A program made the position numbers and the translations under genes. Under the pieces are notes generated by a model. That model worked only from the letters and a program-made list of their open reading frames with translations, did not search any database and was not told the origin of the DNA. Of a stretch of 64,000 nucleotides of DNA, positions 26,501-39,442 are shown in pieces. The stretch is from Balanoglossus misakiensis (taxonomy: Eukaryota; Animalia; Hemichordata), in assembly GCA_040954595.2 (NCBI GenBank), contig CM082592.2, positions 9,349,677 through 9,413,676 of the forward strand, written 5' to 3'. Numbering within the stretch: position 1 is the stretch's first letter; each line of letters starts with the position of its first letter.

Positions 26501-28338
26501 TTTTTAATTTCAAAAAGGAGACTTTTGCAATAATCCGGCCTTGATGTCCTACTTTCTCTGTGATAATGATATGTGTACCAATCAAAGAATTCACTCTACC
26601 AATTTCAGCCAAGGCAGAAAAAAATTAGATTTACAAATATCGTTTTCTTGATTTTCCATAGAAATTAGAACTGCAATCAGAATTGATTATCGCCATAAGG
26701 TTTCCCACTGACGTTGATGGAATGATATCAAGCACGGCGACTCTGAGAGAATTCCTCTTTGTTCCATCTCTGCAGAAACGTGATCTACCCCAGTCTTGCA
26801 GTCCTCCAGAATCACCGTGCTTGACGTCATCCATAAACTGATACACTGTATTATCAAGATATGTTTCAAGATCTAATCTGACATCCCCGGGACTCTAACA
26901 AGCTATTCACTCTTGTCCAATCAGGCACGGTGTCATATGCAACAATAGTTCATCAAAGTGCAAGTTTCAGGGAGGCACAGCTTTGGGGTTATTTAAAAAT
27001 TGCAAATTTGTTGGTACCATGAATGTCGAAATTACCCAGCAAATGTCCAAATGACCCTTTTTAATACACACTACCTGAACTGGTCTATAGATCCTTGAGA
27101 TGGGGGACGTGTAGATGGAAAAGACAAGGCCAATTCAACGCACCACTTTTCTTTTCAAGCTCTTGTGAAATGGTGAATTGGCACCAAGTCTACTCATTTT
27201 GGCTGAATTTGGTGAAATTTAACCCTTTCCTACTGCGAGAACAACACAAGACAAAGCTTCTACAAGATTTAATCAACATCTCTTACCATGAAAATATGAT
27301 GACTAGGCGAAGAGCCCAGACCATTCCTCTGGTTTCCTGCAAAATGTCAAAAGGAATCATTGCAATGTCCATCCTAAAACACTGATATCAGAAAGCGTGG
27401 TAATTCTATCTATGAAGATGTAGTAAATCTACAGCAAATGTGGAAATGGAATAATGCAAAGAAAACTGTAAAGACTTACCATCAAAGGTTGAAGGTTATT
27501 TGCTCTATTTTGACGATCTTTAGTTCTCACGTAAACATTTAAAGCATAGTTGACAGTTAAGAAGAAGGTTGCTAAATGAAAAGCCTGCAAGGAAAAAAGA
27601 GACAAAATTCTGTCAAAACAAGCAAATAATCAAAAGCGAAGTTTGCAAAGTTTACGTGGTCGATACGACAATGTTTCGGCAGTGAACACATTTTATTTGA
27701 AGGTACACAATTAGCTGGAATACACATATTTTACCAATTGCAAAGTTATACTGTTAGGTAGGACTGCAATAGGATTTTTACCTCTGTTACTACTTGGAGA
27801 TGAATGCAAAAATCCTGGTCCTTTTCCTGGAATCTTGCCTCACTCCACACGCCAGCCCCTATCACCCAGCATATAGCCAGACCGAGATCGGCTACGGCCA
27901 GATGAAATATTGGTCTCACCTGAAGAATCAAACATTGGCAACAAAATTTATTATTGTGGCAGGTTCAGGTTTAGAGTTTGGTCAGGTGTTGGCCCATATG
28001 TGATTGCATCCGGTGGAAACTACATAAAACATTTGTCTTGGGCCATGGCTAAGACGCAGTTTGAAATGGTGCGATTCCATCACAGGGAAGAGACTGCCTG
28101 AGAATCAACAACAGTGCCCCCCCCCCCCCCCCCCCCCCCCGTCCCAATACCACCACCACCATTCCCAGTTATCCCAAATACATGTACATCCCTTTGAGAC
28201 TTCTCCCACCATTCTAGAAAGAACACTAACCTCTGCACTTCTACACGTCCTTTTGTAGAGAGAGTACATAATGATGGAGGTAGCTCCCAATATGCTCAGT
28301 GATGCTACACACAGGTGGACATACCTCAAAACTTTCAT
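23555..28338 (-). CDS. TMEM116: Transmembrane protein 116-like (7TM, GPCR-like), 5' end uncertain
   Basis: Exons 28338-28231, 27919-27782, 27584-27480, 27336-27287, 26376-26311, 25540-25510, 25099-25010, 24886-24835, 24710-24621, 24355-24276, 23788-23555 give 348 codons in frame. Motifs ASLSILGATSII, VRPIFHLAVADLGL, FFLTVNY, LLPIVLMIPV, FMFCWLPA, QGVTAPAQGFLNCLVYGWT match the TMEM116 family. Further upstream exons near 28660-28730 and 29560-29970 are possible but unresolved. Confidence 0.85.
23824..23919 (-). mobile_element. ~95-bp MITE with TTAA/CCCTTT ends (piggyBac-like), copy 1
   Basis: Ends in GGTGAAAGGGTTAA; its reverse complement aligns along its length with the copy at 25162, and it matches the copy at 30666 in the same orientation. 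Confidence 0.7.
25162..25249 (+). mobile_element. ~90-bp MITE (piggyBac-like), copy 2
   Basis: TACCCTTTCACCACCATGGTTCGGTCCAAA...GGGGGGTCAAGGGTTA; terminal inverted repeats, same family as copies 1 and 3. Confidence 0.7.
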
Positions 28339-30665
28339 CTGCAAAAATAAAATAATAAAAAACCAAAGCATGATGTACTGGCAGAAAGAAACGTCAAAAT
28401 ATCTAGTTTTGAATCTAGGAAAAAGCATGTCATTGTCCTTTTGAAGGTTCCTAAACTCTAATTCCCCCTCCTCCTCTTTTCCACAACGTTCCCCAAGTCA
28501 TTATCCAAATGTCACGGAAATTGTTTGCGAGGTTGAAGAAGTACTTGGCTATACAACTTACAAGGTCTAAGAATCAATTTGTTAATGTTTTCCAAAAATG
28601 ACGCATTAGTTGAATTTGATACTTCATTGTTGACAGTCACTGGAAGTACCTTTACAGGAAGTACCTTTGCCTGACATTTAGATAATGGGTATGTGGTAAT
28701 CGCGGATATTGCCCTTGTTTCATCAGAATCACTCTACCTATGATACAACATGTCACATCTACTGTATTAGGTACCAGCAGACATTGCATTTGATTTAATG
28801 GTGATAAATTTCCAACTGTAATATCTCTTGTGGGGAGAATTGAGGTTTGGAGTACCATGTAAATTATATAATAAAATAAGGGTCATGTTATTTGGGGGTT
28901 AAACAGAGCTATTAAACATGTCATTTGTGTGTTTACCTGGTAACCCTATCTTATTTTGGCTGATGACGCGACAGGTATATTTACATGTATTAAAGGGGCA
29001 AACTTTACAGGCGATGACCTCTGAAGTGGTCATTGACCCCTGGGACAGCTGACAGGCCACAATTGTTTCTGTTTAATTTATGGAATCCAAATATAACTAG
29101 ATTACCTGTATTTGCATGCTGACGTATATCTGCAAATGTAGATAATAAACAGTGTTCCAAGTGTTTTGGGGGTGTGACGGTTTGAGGATATTCAATGTAA
29201 AAATAATAGTATGACACATAAATATACATGCAGATCAATATGTAACACAGAGTTACATGGATACACAGAGACATCATGAATCCTACAACACACACCCACC
29301 CACCCACACACGCACACACAAACACACATACATACACACACAACAGGGACACACACTGACACCTGTCACGTCCATGCACAAACCAAGGGAGCGTAAAACT
29401 GATAACAATGTATGACCTTCATATGACCTAGTTTCAAACGATAAGTATGCGACTACATGTACCACATTCGAGTAGAATTATGCATTTTTCGCATAGATGA
29501 GAAAACATAAGTGGCCCTTCAAGTCTCAAGAATGACATCAGTTAGAACCACATCTGAATACCTGGCCACTTGTCGTGACCCATACCCGACCTAACATTCT
29601 GGCATTTTCGTCGATAACGATCTCCCCGTTTGAGATCAATTTGGACAGCCGATAAACCACCACGAGTCCGATGTGTGCACAGTCAACTGCAAGCATAACT
29701 CATCTTAGAAGAACAATATTGACTGCCCAGCCAGGCTACTGAATCCACAACATTTGAACAGAGATAAACTACACACAAACACCACGGTTACTCGCTTCAT
29801 CCGGCAGGTGTGAGGGGACCCCAAAACTGTCACGATACAGAAGCTCTCCCTACCGTGAGTACACAGTCAATAGTTTTGTAAAATATACACTCGCAACGTT
29901 CATGCCATTCGGTCACCGGATTATCCGTGGTCGAAAATGATGACGACGGGAAACTCGCTCCTTCCATTTTGGCCGTGCTGAACATCATAAAAATTTGTGT
30001 GGACGTTGATTTCAGCTACACGGTTCCCCAGCTGTTGCCGATTTGCAGTCTTTGTCCCATCTATAAACACACTGTAACAGCCCAATGTTACATCTCCACT
30101 GGTCTAGACACGCTGTCCAGCTATGGGAGTTCTACAGACCAGGTCAGCCATTTCAATGTTTTCTATTTACTTCCCATTTTCCAGCCCACCGCAGTAGCCT
30201 GCTGTCATGTTTGTTTCTGTCCGCCGCAAGTGCAGAGTCGTGAGTTTGTGAGAAGCACTCACAATCACATGTGACCTGATTGAACTTTGCGCATTGGCTG
30301 TTGAAGCCGGGTAAGCTATTGTCGACGACACAATTACCCGAGACAATTGCCCTCAAGTGGTACGTGTGCGTTGGGCGTTCCAAAGTATGAAGTTTTATCT
30401 ACAAGAATTTCAACAACACAGAGGACAAGTGATGTTGAATACAGTGTATGCTGAACGAGAAAATTGAACTTCGAAGTGAGTCACACACACCTGGAATCAG
30501 CCACAAGTTTATCACCTGATTTCCTTTTTTCGCTTGAGAGGAGCCATAAAATGTGCAACAGATTTAAGTATGGTTTAGTATAGAATGACTGTAAATCAGA
30601 TTCTCTGCATACCAGTTCAGAGACAACAGAGTGAAAATGTTGCAGAGTCTGTGTTCTTCAATAAC

Positions 30666-30765
30666 TAACCCTTTCCCGGTTTCCCCCCATTTCCCTGTTT
30701 ATGTGGTCCAACTTTTACAAACAAACCAAAGGAATTGGACCAAACCATGGTGGTGAAAGGGTTAA
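30666..30765 (-). mobile_element. ~100-bp MITE (piggyBac-like), copy 3
   Basis: TAACCCTTTC...TTGGACCAAACCATGGTGGTGAAAGGGTTAA; TIR CCCTTTC/GAAAGGG with a TTAA flank. Confidence 0.7.
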
Positions 30766-32248
30766 TACTCACATTTTCTTCATCCTCGGGATTCAGCGGT
30801 TTGCACGTCATGACGTCCACGGGGTCCACTGTATCTGCAGGAAGCACTGTCACGTTTCCGGCAGTCATTTTGGTGAAAAGACAGTGAAAAACATCTACTC
30901 GGGCAGTATATGAATCACAGCAAAAACGGCCAAACACTTAAGATGGCTACATCCTCACTAGCAGCTTGGCGATATGGTTCATCTATGTGACAATTTCCAC
31001 GATTCTTGAAATGGATGCCAGGCGGATGTTTCTCATCACACAGATCTATGGACAAAAAGATGTATATTTCTGTAACACTGGTAACATTATTTGTAACATC
31101 AAAAGAAAGCACATGAGTATTAAAACAAAATCAGACGGATTTCAAAACCGTCTGCAACAACAGATACCAGAATACCTTTCAACTTGAATTGACTGGAAGA
31201 GTACTTCAGATTATGTAATAAAAGCGACACATGTGTACAAAACATATCAGATGCAGATATGATCTCTGATAAAAACAAGGCAAGACACACCGCTATACAT
31301 GTGCCGATGTCCCCCCTCTACTCCATCCCATTGTTCTTTTCTGAATCAACTGAGCTTTTCTTCAAATATCTGTTTCCATCAGACATTATTACTTATATTA
31401 GAAATCAAATTCCTCTGCTCCTGGTGGATAATGTAGCTAAAATGTATCAGTATTAGATAAATCACATAATTACTTCTTATCTTGCCGAATGACTGGAAGT
31501 TTTAACCTAGCCATTTCAGTCACCATGTGGGCGGATGAATCTTTCTTATGTTTTGTGTAATGAATAGCAGAAATATTTCCACATATTTTAAAACTGACAA
31601 ATGTGGAGATTTATTGAAGTGGGACAGAATTCTGTTATCTGTGCAGACTTCATGTGTACAAGCTTGTGCAACTTGACATTTCAAATTTGTCGAAACTTGT
31701 TATTGTTAATGATTTGTTTGATGTCTCCTTATTATCAAGATAGCATACGTCTAAATTTCTTTTTTTCAATAAATGAAAATACTGATACGATATCACTGGC
31801 TAGCTATTCAAATGAAAATAAAAGCACATGATATCACTGTATCAGTATAGCTTAAAGGGGTCTGTACATGAAGGTCTGCACGGCTGATTTTTGTCGTACA
31901 TGTATGTGACCCCCCAAGGGACTGGTTACCAACAAAAGTAATTTCCAATAACCACAAATCCAACAGAAATCATTTTCAACAACCTTGAACCACCATTAAT
32001 GCAATTTCCCTAAAATATGACTTTCCTAAACCTACTGTGATTTGAATTGAGAGAAAAATTGCTGTTTTATTTTTAGGGTTGAGACCATTTCAACATGGGT
32101 GGGGGAAGGTCTACTAAAGCTGACATGAGAAGCCCTCACTACGTGAATGAAATTATGTTGTTTTTATTGGAATAGTTGACTCATCTAGCACACAGAACAA
32201 TTAAATGATTGTTTCTGAGCCACTATGACCAAATGTATAAAACCTCCC

Positions 32249-32741
32249 AGCATGCTTTGCAGTGGTGGTGCTCAGTTCAACGACTGATACAAATTTCATA
32301 ATAACTAGTCCACAATTGCATCAAACGAATCATACCAGCATCATTCAGTCACAGCTTTCAGCAAATTGTGTCACATACATATTATGGTGTTTTTTTAATT
32401 CACTGCTCATTTCAAAAAGCCCAAGACAGAGCTTTTGCTGGTACATCAGGAAGTTTAATGAACACTGTTTATCTAAATGTCGGTCACAGCACAGTGTAAA
32501 TATAAATTGTATGCTATTCCTCTGAGATTTGGATGTTTGTTGGGTAGCTATGATTTCAGACTCACTTTTATTTGTTTGACATTAATAATAATAATGTTTT
32601 TCTTTATCAGTTTGGAGTTCAGGTTTGATTATAAACATCTGGGAATGAATGATGCTGGCATGACACATTTGATGCAATTGTGGGCTGGTAATACGAATTT
32701 TTTCAGCCGCAGACTCATTGGACTGAGCACCACTGCATGCT
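32249..32741. repeat. Imperfect inverted repeat, ~105-bp arms (32249-32355 / 32636-32741), ~280-bp spacer
   Basis: The left arm AGCATGC..GTGGTGCTCAGT..CCACAATTGCATCAAA..CCAGCATCATTCA recurs reverse-complemented in the right arm. Likely an old MITE or foldback element. Confidence 0.75.
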
Positions 32742-35549
32742 AGGAAGATTCTCCCAATACTTTGTAGAGTGACCTCGTCGGCAATGAGGTCCATGGACGA
32801 TGCGATCTGTCTGTTGGTCGCATAATATCTAAACCACGACTGTGCCAAAGTGGGCAGTACAATAAATTCAAGAGAACCGATGCCAGTAGCTGTGTACAGT
32901 ACACATGGTACAGGTTCGATGAAACACACGTAGAGCCAAAAAGGGGGCGGGCCTTTCTGAAGTCAGACCAGGTCAGCAGACTGGACGCCTGTCCACAACC
33001 TCGCATATAACTGGCCCATAAGATGTAATAAACTATTCGATCGCATAATTTTCATGTAAAAATATATCGGGAACTATCTACTCACGTGAAAATCCGCATG
33101 AAGCCTGATGGTGTCACTGAACACAAGGTCACTGATATGACTACTCACTCGTCGCGTCGTCTGCGACCATGGGAATTTATGTTCCTGTGAACCGTCAGAT
33201 TCTAGACTTAATATGTGTCTTCCTCCGTTGGAATAGACCGGTATCAAACTTGCAGCTAATTTCAATATGACGACGACCTCTACCGATTACAATTGCTCGC
33301 CTGAATCGTTAGTGTTTCTACTTTGCAGTCTGATTCTGACCCGAACAGACCGCCGCCATGTTTTTGTCTCCCTAACTTGGTCAATATTCATGGTCCGCAC
33401 GCTGGACATAGCAGAATTTCGGTCACTTAGGGGTTCCAACCAACATTTCCAACCGAAACTCGCGGAAAATTTCGTTAGTATAACGCCTCCCCTCTGACTA
33501 TACAGAAATAACAAGAAGTGAAACGTTTTATATATGTTAACAGCGCAATTTCCTCTGCGCATTCACATCTAATGGCAGAACTCGTGGCAGTGATACAGAG
33601 GACAAACATTACTCCAATTTACAGGAGGAAAAAATAGGGAACTAGGCTACCACATGAAAATTACCCATAATCTGCAAAACATAGGCCTACATCGTTTGAA
33701 ATATATCCCTTTATCCCAGCACCAAAGTTAACTTTGAACGTTGTCATTAAAGCCTAAGGTGAAATGATCTTCTCTGCATGGCCCTGAATAATAAAGAAAA
33801 AAATATATTTTTTTCGTATATCATTGATAACATTGTGTTTATCCTTGGGTCCCTGAGGAAGTATACTTGATCCTATTTGAGCGGTTAAGCTGTGAAGTAC
33901 CGTAAATTGCATTGTGACAATAATCGTACCTTCCGGGAAGTCAGATTTCTATCTCACTTCACTTTATGTGTGATACTTCACACTAAAGTCTTGTTGACCT
34001 TGCCTTGTAATGTGTTTTAGACACCTTGGTTATCTTATTATTTGAAGAAAAAGGTGAATAAGCAAATTATCAAACTCGTGTTCTAACAGTGGACTTGAAC
34101 GACAAAAAACCTCATGAACTTAATATATCTAAACCTATTAAATCTTTAAAAAATGTACAGATTTCACATAATCCTCTGAGTCACCGACGTTCATATAACA
34201 TTCACTGGGCTTGGCCATGGTGGCGTCTAATCCCAACCCCAGAGTGATAATCCGGTTTGTCTGTAGGGTTAACGGAGATTTGAAGATCCATCCTTCGTAT
34301 ATTTCCGCATATACTTTACTGCGTTGTAACTTGAGTAGTCACTTGATGCCATGGAAACGCAATATTTCTTATCGTCTGCTTGAGGAATCAAATGTAAATA
34401 GTGGAAGAAGAGAAAGGGGCAGCTAAAGGACGGCGTTTAGTTTCGCCGCACGTTTCAGTAAATTATTAAAGATGGAATCACATGGCCATGTTTACCCGCG
34501 GGACTTCTGATCGAAGAGGAAGTTGCTTGATGACGATAATGTCACAACGGCGATTTAGTATCAACCACAATTGGCATGCCTGGTCGCTTTTGGTAGTTTA
34601 CACTAATTGTGCAGCTGCCCTTCTAGACCGGGAGCTATACTATCGTATGTAAAACGAACTATATATTTCACTGGTTTACATTGTATTGTTAGGTTTGGTA
34701 ATTGGAACCTGCCGACTTGGTTCAGTTCGATGCGCTAATCGAACTTGGCTGTTGGTCGGTACCCAGAAGCTATTGACACACAGTCATGCTCAGAAAATTG
34801 GCAAGGACATGCCTGTGCCAAGAAAACAGAAAGTAAAGCAGTATATCACAATCCCTTGTGAATATACACTCCGTTTGCCCCTCCGGTAATATTTGATTAG
34901 TCAAAGTTAATGCCCTCCCCCCCCCCAAATCCGATTGTTAAGTTACTGAAAATATACATGTAACTTGAGTTTCGAGTCTTTTGTGAAATATTGCGGTCTA
35001 ATATATCTACAACCGAATTAAATTTATGTTATGCAAGTTCTGTTGAATCGGTTGATCATAGCACCATTCAATAGTTCTGGCGACACAATGAAAATCTACT
35101 TCTGTAATTTCTCTAGTGAAAATACACGGGCTCATTATCTTCACTGTTAAAACAATAGGCATAGTAGTAACACGGGCATTGTATGTGATAAAACACAATA
35201 TTGGTTATGTCAAGGAGATGGGAAGACGCTACGGTGTATCGATACACCCCTTTCTTCCAGTGGTATGAACCAGTAAATGCTAATAATGATGCTCGCATCA
35301 ATCACAAAAAGCAACGGGAGAAAAGTCACTTTTCAGTCCACTCTGCATCGACAGAGAAATCCGTTTCAGGTTGCGATCGGCTGGGATTCAATCATATGAT
35401 CTCTGCCGCTAGCTCTGGGTGTTGTGTTCTGGATATCACTTTGGTGTGAACACTGTAAACATAAAGGTAACGTTAAAATTATTATTTTATGCGCGCGTGG
35501 AAAAATACTGTCAGTTTTTAACATTATATTATGAAAGCAGTCTTTGAGA

Positions 35550-35675
<126 letters not shown>

Positions 35676-36361
35676 TACCGATTTCTATTCGTTATTGCAA
35701 TCAGGCCTGTAATAAATCACTTTGTTCAGTAAGTTTCTTGTATAAGAAATTATAAGAAGACTATTAAATTATGACGAGGCTTCATACACCTCTTTGAAGA
35801 TGTGGCTGAATGTGTTCCTGTGTTATGAAAAAATAATAATGTATAAGCACATAAAACTGTCATCATGAATTGTTAATATCGTTTAATTTAATCAGACTAT
35901 CGAGGTGTCACTGTAGTGTTCGTAGAAAGTTAGAACAGTAAAATTTTGCATATCTTTGTTAGATGCGTATATGCTGCGAGTTTCATCTACTTTGGTGAGG
36001 TTCTCCACACCCCCGATGGCGATTGTTTGCTGAGAGGCGAATTTGCAAAATTTATGACAATTTAAACAAGCCAGTTAATGAGAAAACTATCTTCAACATG
36101 TTGATAATCGACTGTGTGGAAACTCGAATAGAGCCTGTTGTAAATCTGAAACATGCCTTTTGTCGTAGGCCTTCACAAACATTTTACATTGCTCTGTTAA
36201 AACGAACATCAGTTGTGCCTGTTAGGTAGTACTGTGGTAGACTTTATTTTGAAAACTTTTTATAAGGTAACCTGCAGCTGTGTTAGAAAATATGTTATAC
36301 AGTGCACTTGTGTCGAGTTTTCTTGCAACGTTCAATGTTCTTGTGTTTCAGTTTCGTCGTC

Positions 36362-37459
36362 ATGGATACGAATCAGTCGATGAACCACACTCTGGGTGAA
36401 AATGCGACATCCACAGTGGCCATGTTTACCGCTGACGACGTCGATAAGAACATTCAAATAAGTAAGACGGTCCTGAAGACGATATTTGGCATCATCTCCG
36501 TAGTCGGAATTGGCGGCAATCTGCTTGTCATCCTGGTAGTCGTCCGGGTGAAGCGTCTCCGAACTCTCACCGGGTATTTCATCTTGAACCAGTCGTGCAT
36601 TGACCTACTCGGCTCGATCCTGTTGGCCGCTCTCTACTGTTTCCCCAGCATCAAGATGCGGGGAGGGATGGGCAGCAACGTCCTCTGCAAGATGTGGGTC
36701 TCCACCTACCCGCTCTGGGCCTGCTTCAACGCGTCCACGCTCAACCTGGCGTTTCTCACCTTCGAGCGCTACATGGGCGTGGTGCACCCCGTCCTGCATC
36801 ACAACAGGTTCACAAGGACCCAGGCGAAGGCCCTGATGGTGGTGGCTTGGACCGTGCCCTTCTGCTGGCTGGGCTACTGGGCAGGCGTCAACACCGTCAT
36901 CGATGGCAACTGCTACCCTGCCTGGCCAAACGCGGCTGCACAGCGGGCGATCGGCGTCATGGCGTTTCTTGTTTCCTACCTCATACCACTTTTCATGATG
37001 ACCTTCACCTACCTGAAGATCTTTCTGGTGTTGAGAAAGCAGGCAAAACTATGCCACACTGGTGCTAGGAGCCTTGGATCCGGACAAGCCACCATCTCAT
37101 CCAGCAGCTCGCACACAGAGGGCGCATCATCGCGGGCCAAAAGAAACGTCATCAAGACACTCGCGATTGTGTTCGTAACGTACGTGATCTGCTGGTCACC
37201 CAACCAGATCGAGTACTTTCGCTTTAACATGGGCGTTCACATGAATCTATCGAGCGTATGGTTCGAAGTCACCATCATCATGGCGTTCTGCAACGTCTGC
37301 GTCAACCCAATGATATACACCTTGAAGTACCAGGAATTCAGAGACGGGTTGAAGAGACTGTTTTGCAAAACCAACAAGATTGCCAACCAGCAGCTTCAAA
37401 TCGGAGTGCAGGATCCCATCAACACTCCCGCCGTTCCTACTGGAGATACGGGTGTCTGA
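36362..37459 (+). CDS. Rhodopsin-family (class A) GPCR, galanin/allatostatin-A receptor-like orphan, 365 aa, single coding exon
   Basis: N-glycosylation sites NQS/NHT/NAT; TM1 GIGGNLLV; TM2 NQSCIDL; TM3 C..TFERY; TM4 W; TM5 YLIPLF..Y; TM6 CWSPNQ; TM7 NVCVNPMIY; helix 8 EFRDGLKRLFC. The ATG at 36362 follows a splice acceptor at 36351. Confidence 0.93.
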   Translation: MDTNQSMNHTLGENATSTVAMFTADDVDKNIQISKTVLKTIFGIISVVGIGGNLLVILVVVRVKRLRTLTGYFILNQSCIDLLGSILLAALYCFPSIKMRGGMGSNVLCKMWVSTYPLWACFNASTLNLAFLTFERYMGVVHPVLHHNRFTRTQAKALMVVAWTVPFCWLGYWAGVNTVIDGNCYPAWPNAAAQRAIGVMAFLVSYLIPLFMMTFTYLKIFLVLRKQAKLCHTGARSLGSGQATISSSSSHTEGASSRAKRNVIKTLAIVFVTYVICWSPNQIEYFRFNMGVHMNLSSVWFEVTIIMAFCNVCVNPMIYTLKYQEFRDGLKRLFCKTNKIANQQLQIGVQDPINTPAVPTGDTGV

Positions 37460-38452
37460 ATATATGGTTGAATATATTCCTCCTCCTCCTCCTCCTCCTG
37501 TCCCGACTCACACAACCACGAAACACCCGTGGTTCACTCCTCCGCCCTTTAAAGAATTAAAAGTTTTGGAGGATTCTCGTTTTCCTGAAAATCTGTCCCC
37601 GAAGTGGGCACCACATTTACAAATCCAAAACAATAAAACAATGTAATTTGAACAAATCTAAGAAAGGATTTCACATGTGAACGTATATGGATAACAATTG
37701 ATTTTTCACGAGTTTTTGATGATTTGAATGTATGTCAAATTTTATTACGCACATATAGCCTGTATATATCTAAGTCAGCTTTATAGTGGCTGTTACATTT
37801 GAAGTTTTGACTTCTGTACGTTCTGCCAACAACAAAAAAAAGATTGCTTTTCTTCTTGTACTTTAAATTTTTAACTTAAGACGCTTGTACGTTTTTGGTA
37901 ATTTGCGCCATATTGTGTTAAACATGTACAAAAAAACACCTGTTTGATCTGCTATCACTGATAGCTCACAATGCATTGAACTGCCAACAATACACCCATT
38001 GCTACGTTCGTTGTGTACCAAAAGTGCGGTACTTGAAATGTCGGGAATCAAATCATGGTTCTCCCCTTTGATGAGTAGACCATGTTGGGGAAATTTGGCA
38101 GACTTTGTCGGATCATACAGCATCTCAGCACCTAACTGACGTGTTACTACCCTGCCTTTTTCGCGTGTCTGTTTATTGTGTATTAAATCCATTTGGACAT
38201 TATGACTTGCGTATTTATGGTCTGTTTGTGTTCCCGAAATTGGCCGGCTGCACACACACGTGTTCTTTGTTTGTTGTCTGCGTTGTACTATATGGTTATT
38301 TGTTTGTCATTGCAACTGGCCATGTAAATGTGATATTTATGAACGTTGGAATATGGATCAGTTTAATTGCGATTATTTATTCGTTCATCAGAAACCGACT
38401 CAGACGGCTCCTGCTCACTGTGTGGACAATAAAACCTCCGTCATGGCATTAA

Positions 38453-39438
38453 GGTAGTTGGAAAGGCTAGGGCGTCAGTTAAAATTTCATTTAAAAACAC
38501 TGAATTTATATCTAGAAATGTATTAGAGAAAAATTAAACTCATAAAAAATTCGGGGCAATAAACGTGTAACAAGATATGGCTGGTTTTATTATACCTAAT
38601 TTCATACATCTGGCAAGGAAGCTAGGGAGCCTTATTTGAGCGCCCTCTAGGGGAAGACTTCTCCTAGGCTATGCGCACAAGGACGGGTTCCCCTAGCCAA
38701 GGGCATTTAAATGCAACTTGCAAACACTGATTCTTGCAATTTTCAACGATAGATAACCTTGTTTGTTTATTAAAGGCTGCCAAATTATGGACATTTTTGC
38801 ATTTCTAGGGAACCCGAAAAGCCAGCGGAAAAGCGTTTGACCCAGATAAATGCGATCCTTCGCCGTGAACTGCCGCTAAACTTTGCGTATTTCGCTACTT
38901 TTCTGCCCTTCGCCATAATGTAATGGTTTTTATTTGTGATTGAATAGGTATGCCAGATATTTTTTTTATCATGAAACTTTCAGGAAAGGCTCGGGACATC
39001 CCAAAGAACAATTTTACGGGACAGTTTTTTCATAAGTTTTCCCGTTGTGTTTTGGCAGCACGTTAAAGTTGTATACAAAATATCAACAAAAACTGTGTTT
39101 TCCTGAGTGATAACTTTGAAAAAAATAAGTTTTTGCTGAAAGTGTCCCATACATTGCTGGAGGGGTTGCTTCATATTAAAATGAATACAAATTATTCAAT
39201 AATTTGTGAAAACATGTCAAGATTCAATCAATATTTTGTAAAATTATGAATATTTATATTTAGGCGTATCAAATTTCATAATTTTAGCAGATATTTTTAC
39301 AGTCATATTTTTCCCTCACTTTTTAGTTTGTTAAGAACACATGCTGCAAATTTCAAGTCATTATCTTTATTCTAACTTGTGAAAATAAATTCACAAACAT
39401 TGAGAGAATTTGCTTCAAAAATAGCCTTTCCAACTACC
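38453..39438. mobile_element. 986-bp non-autonomous TIR DNA transposon (Kolobok-like), copy 1
   Basis: 17-bp perfect TIRs GGTAGTTGGAAAGGCTA / TAGCCTTTCCAACTACC, flanked by TTAA (38449-38452, 39439-39442). A TTAA target with purine-purine termini is the Kolobok signature (piggyBac starts with CCC/YY). No transposase ORF. Confidence 0.85.
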
Positions 39439-39442
39439 TTAA

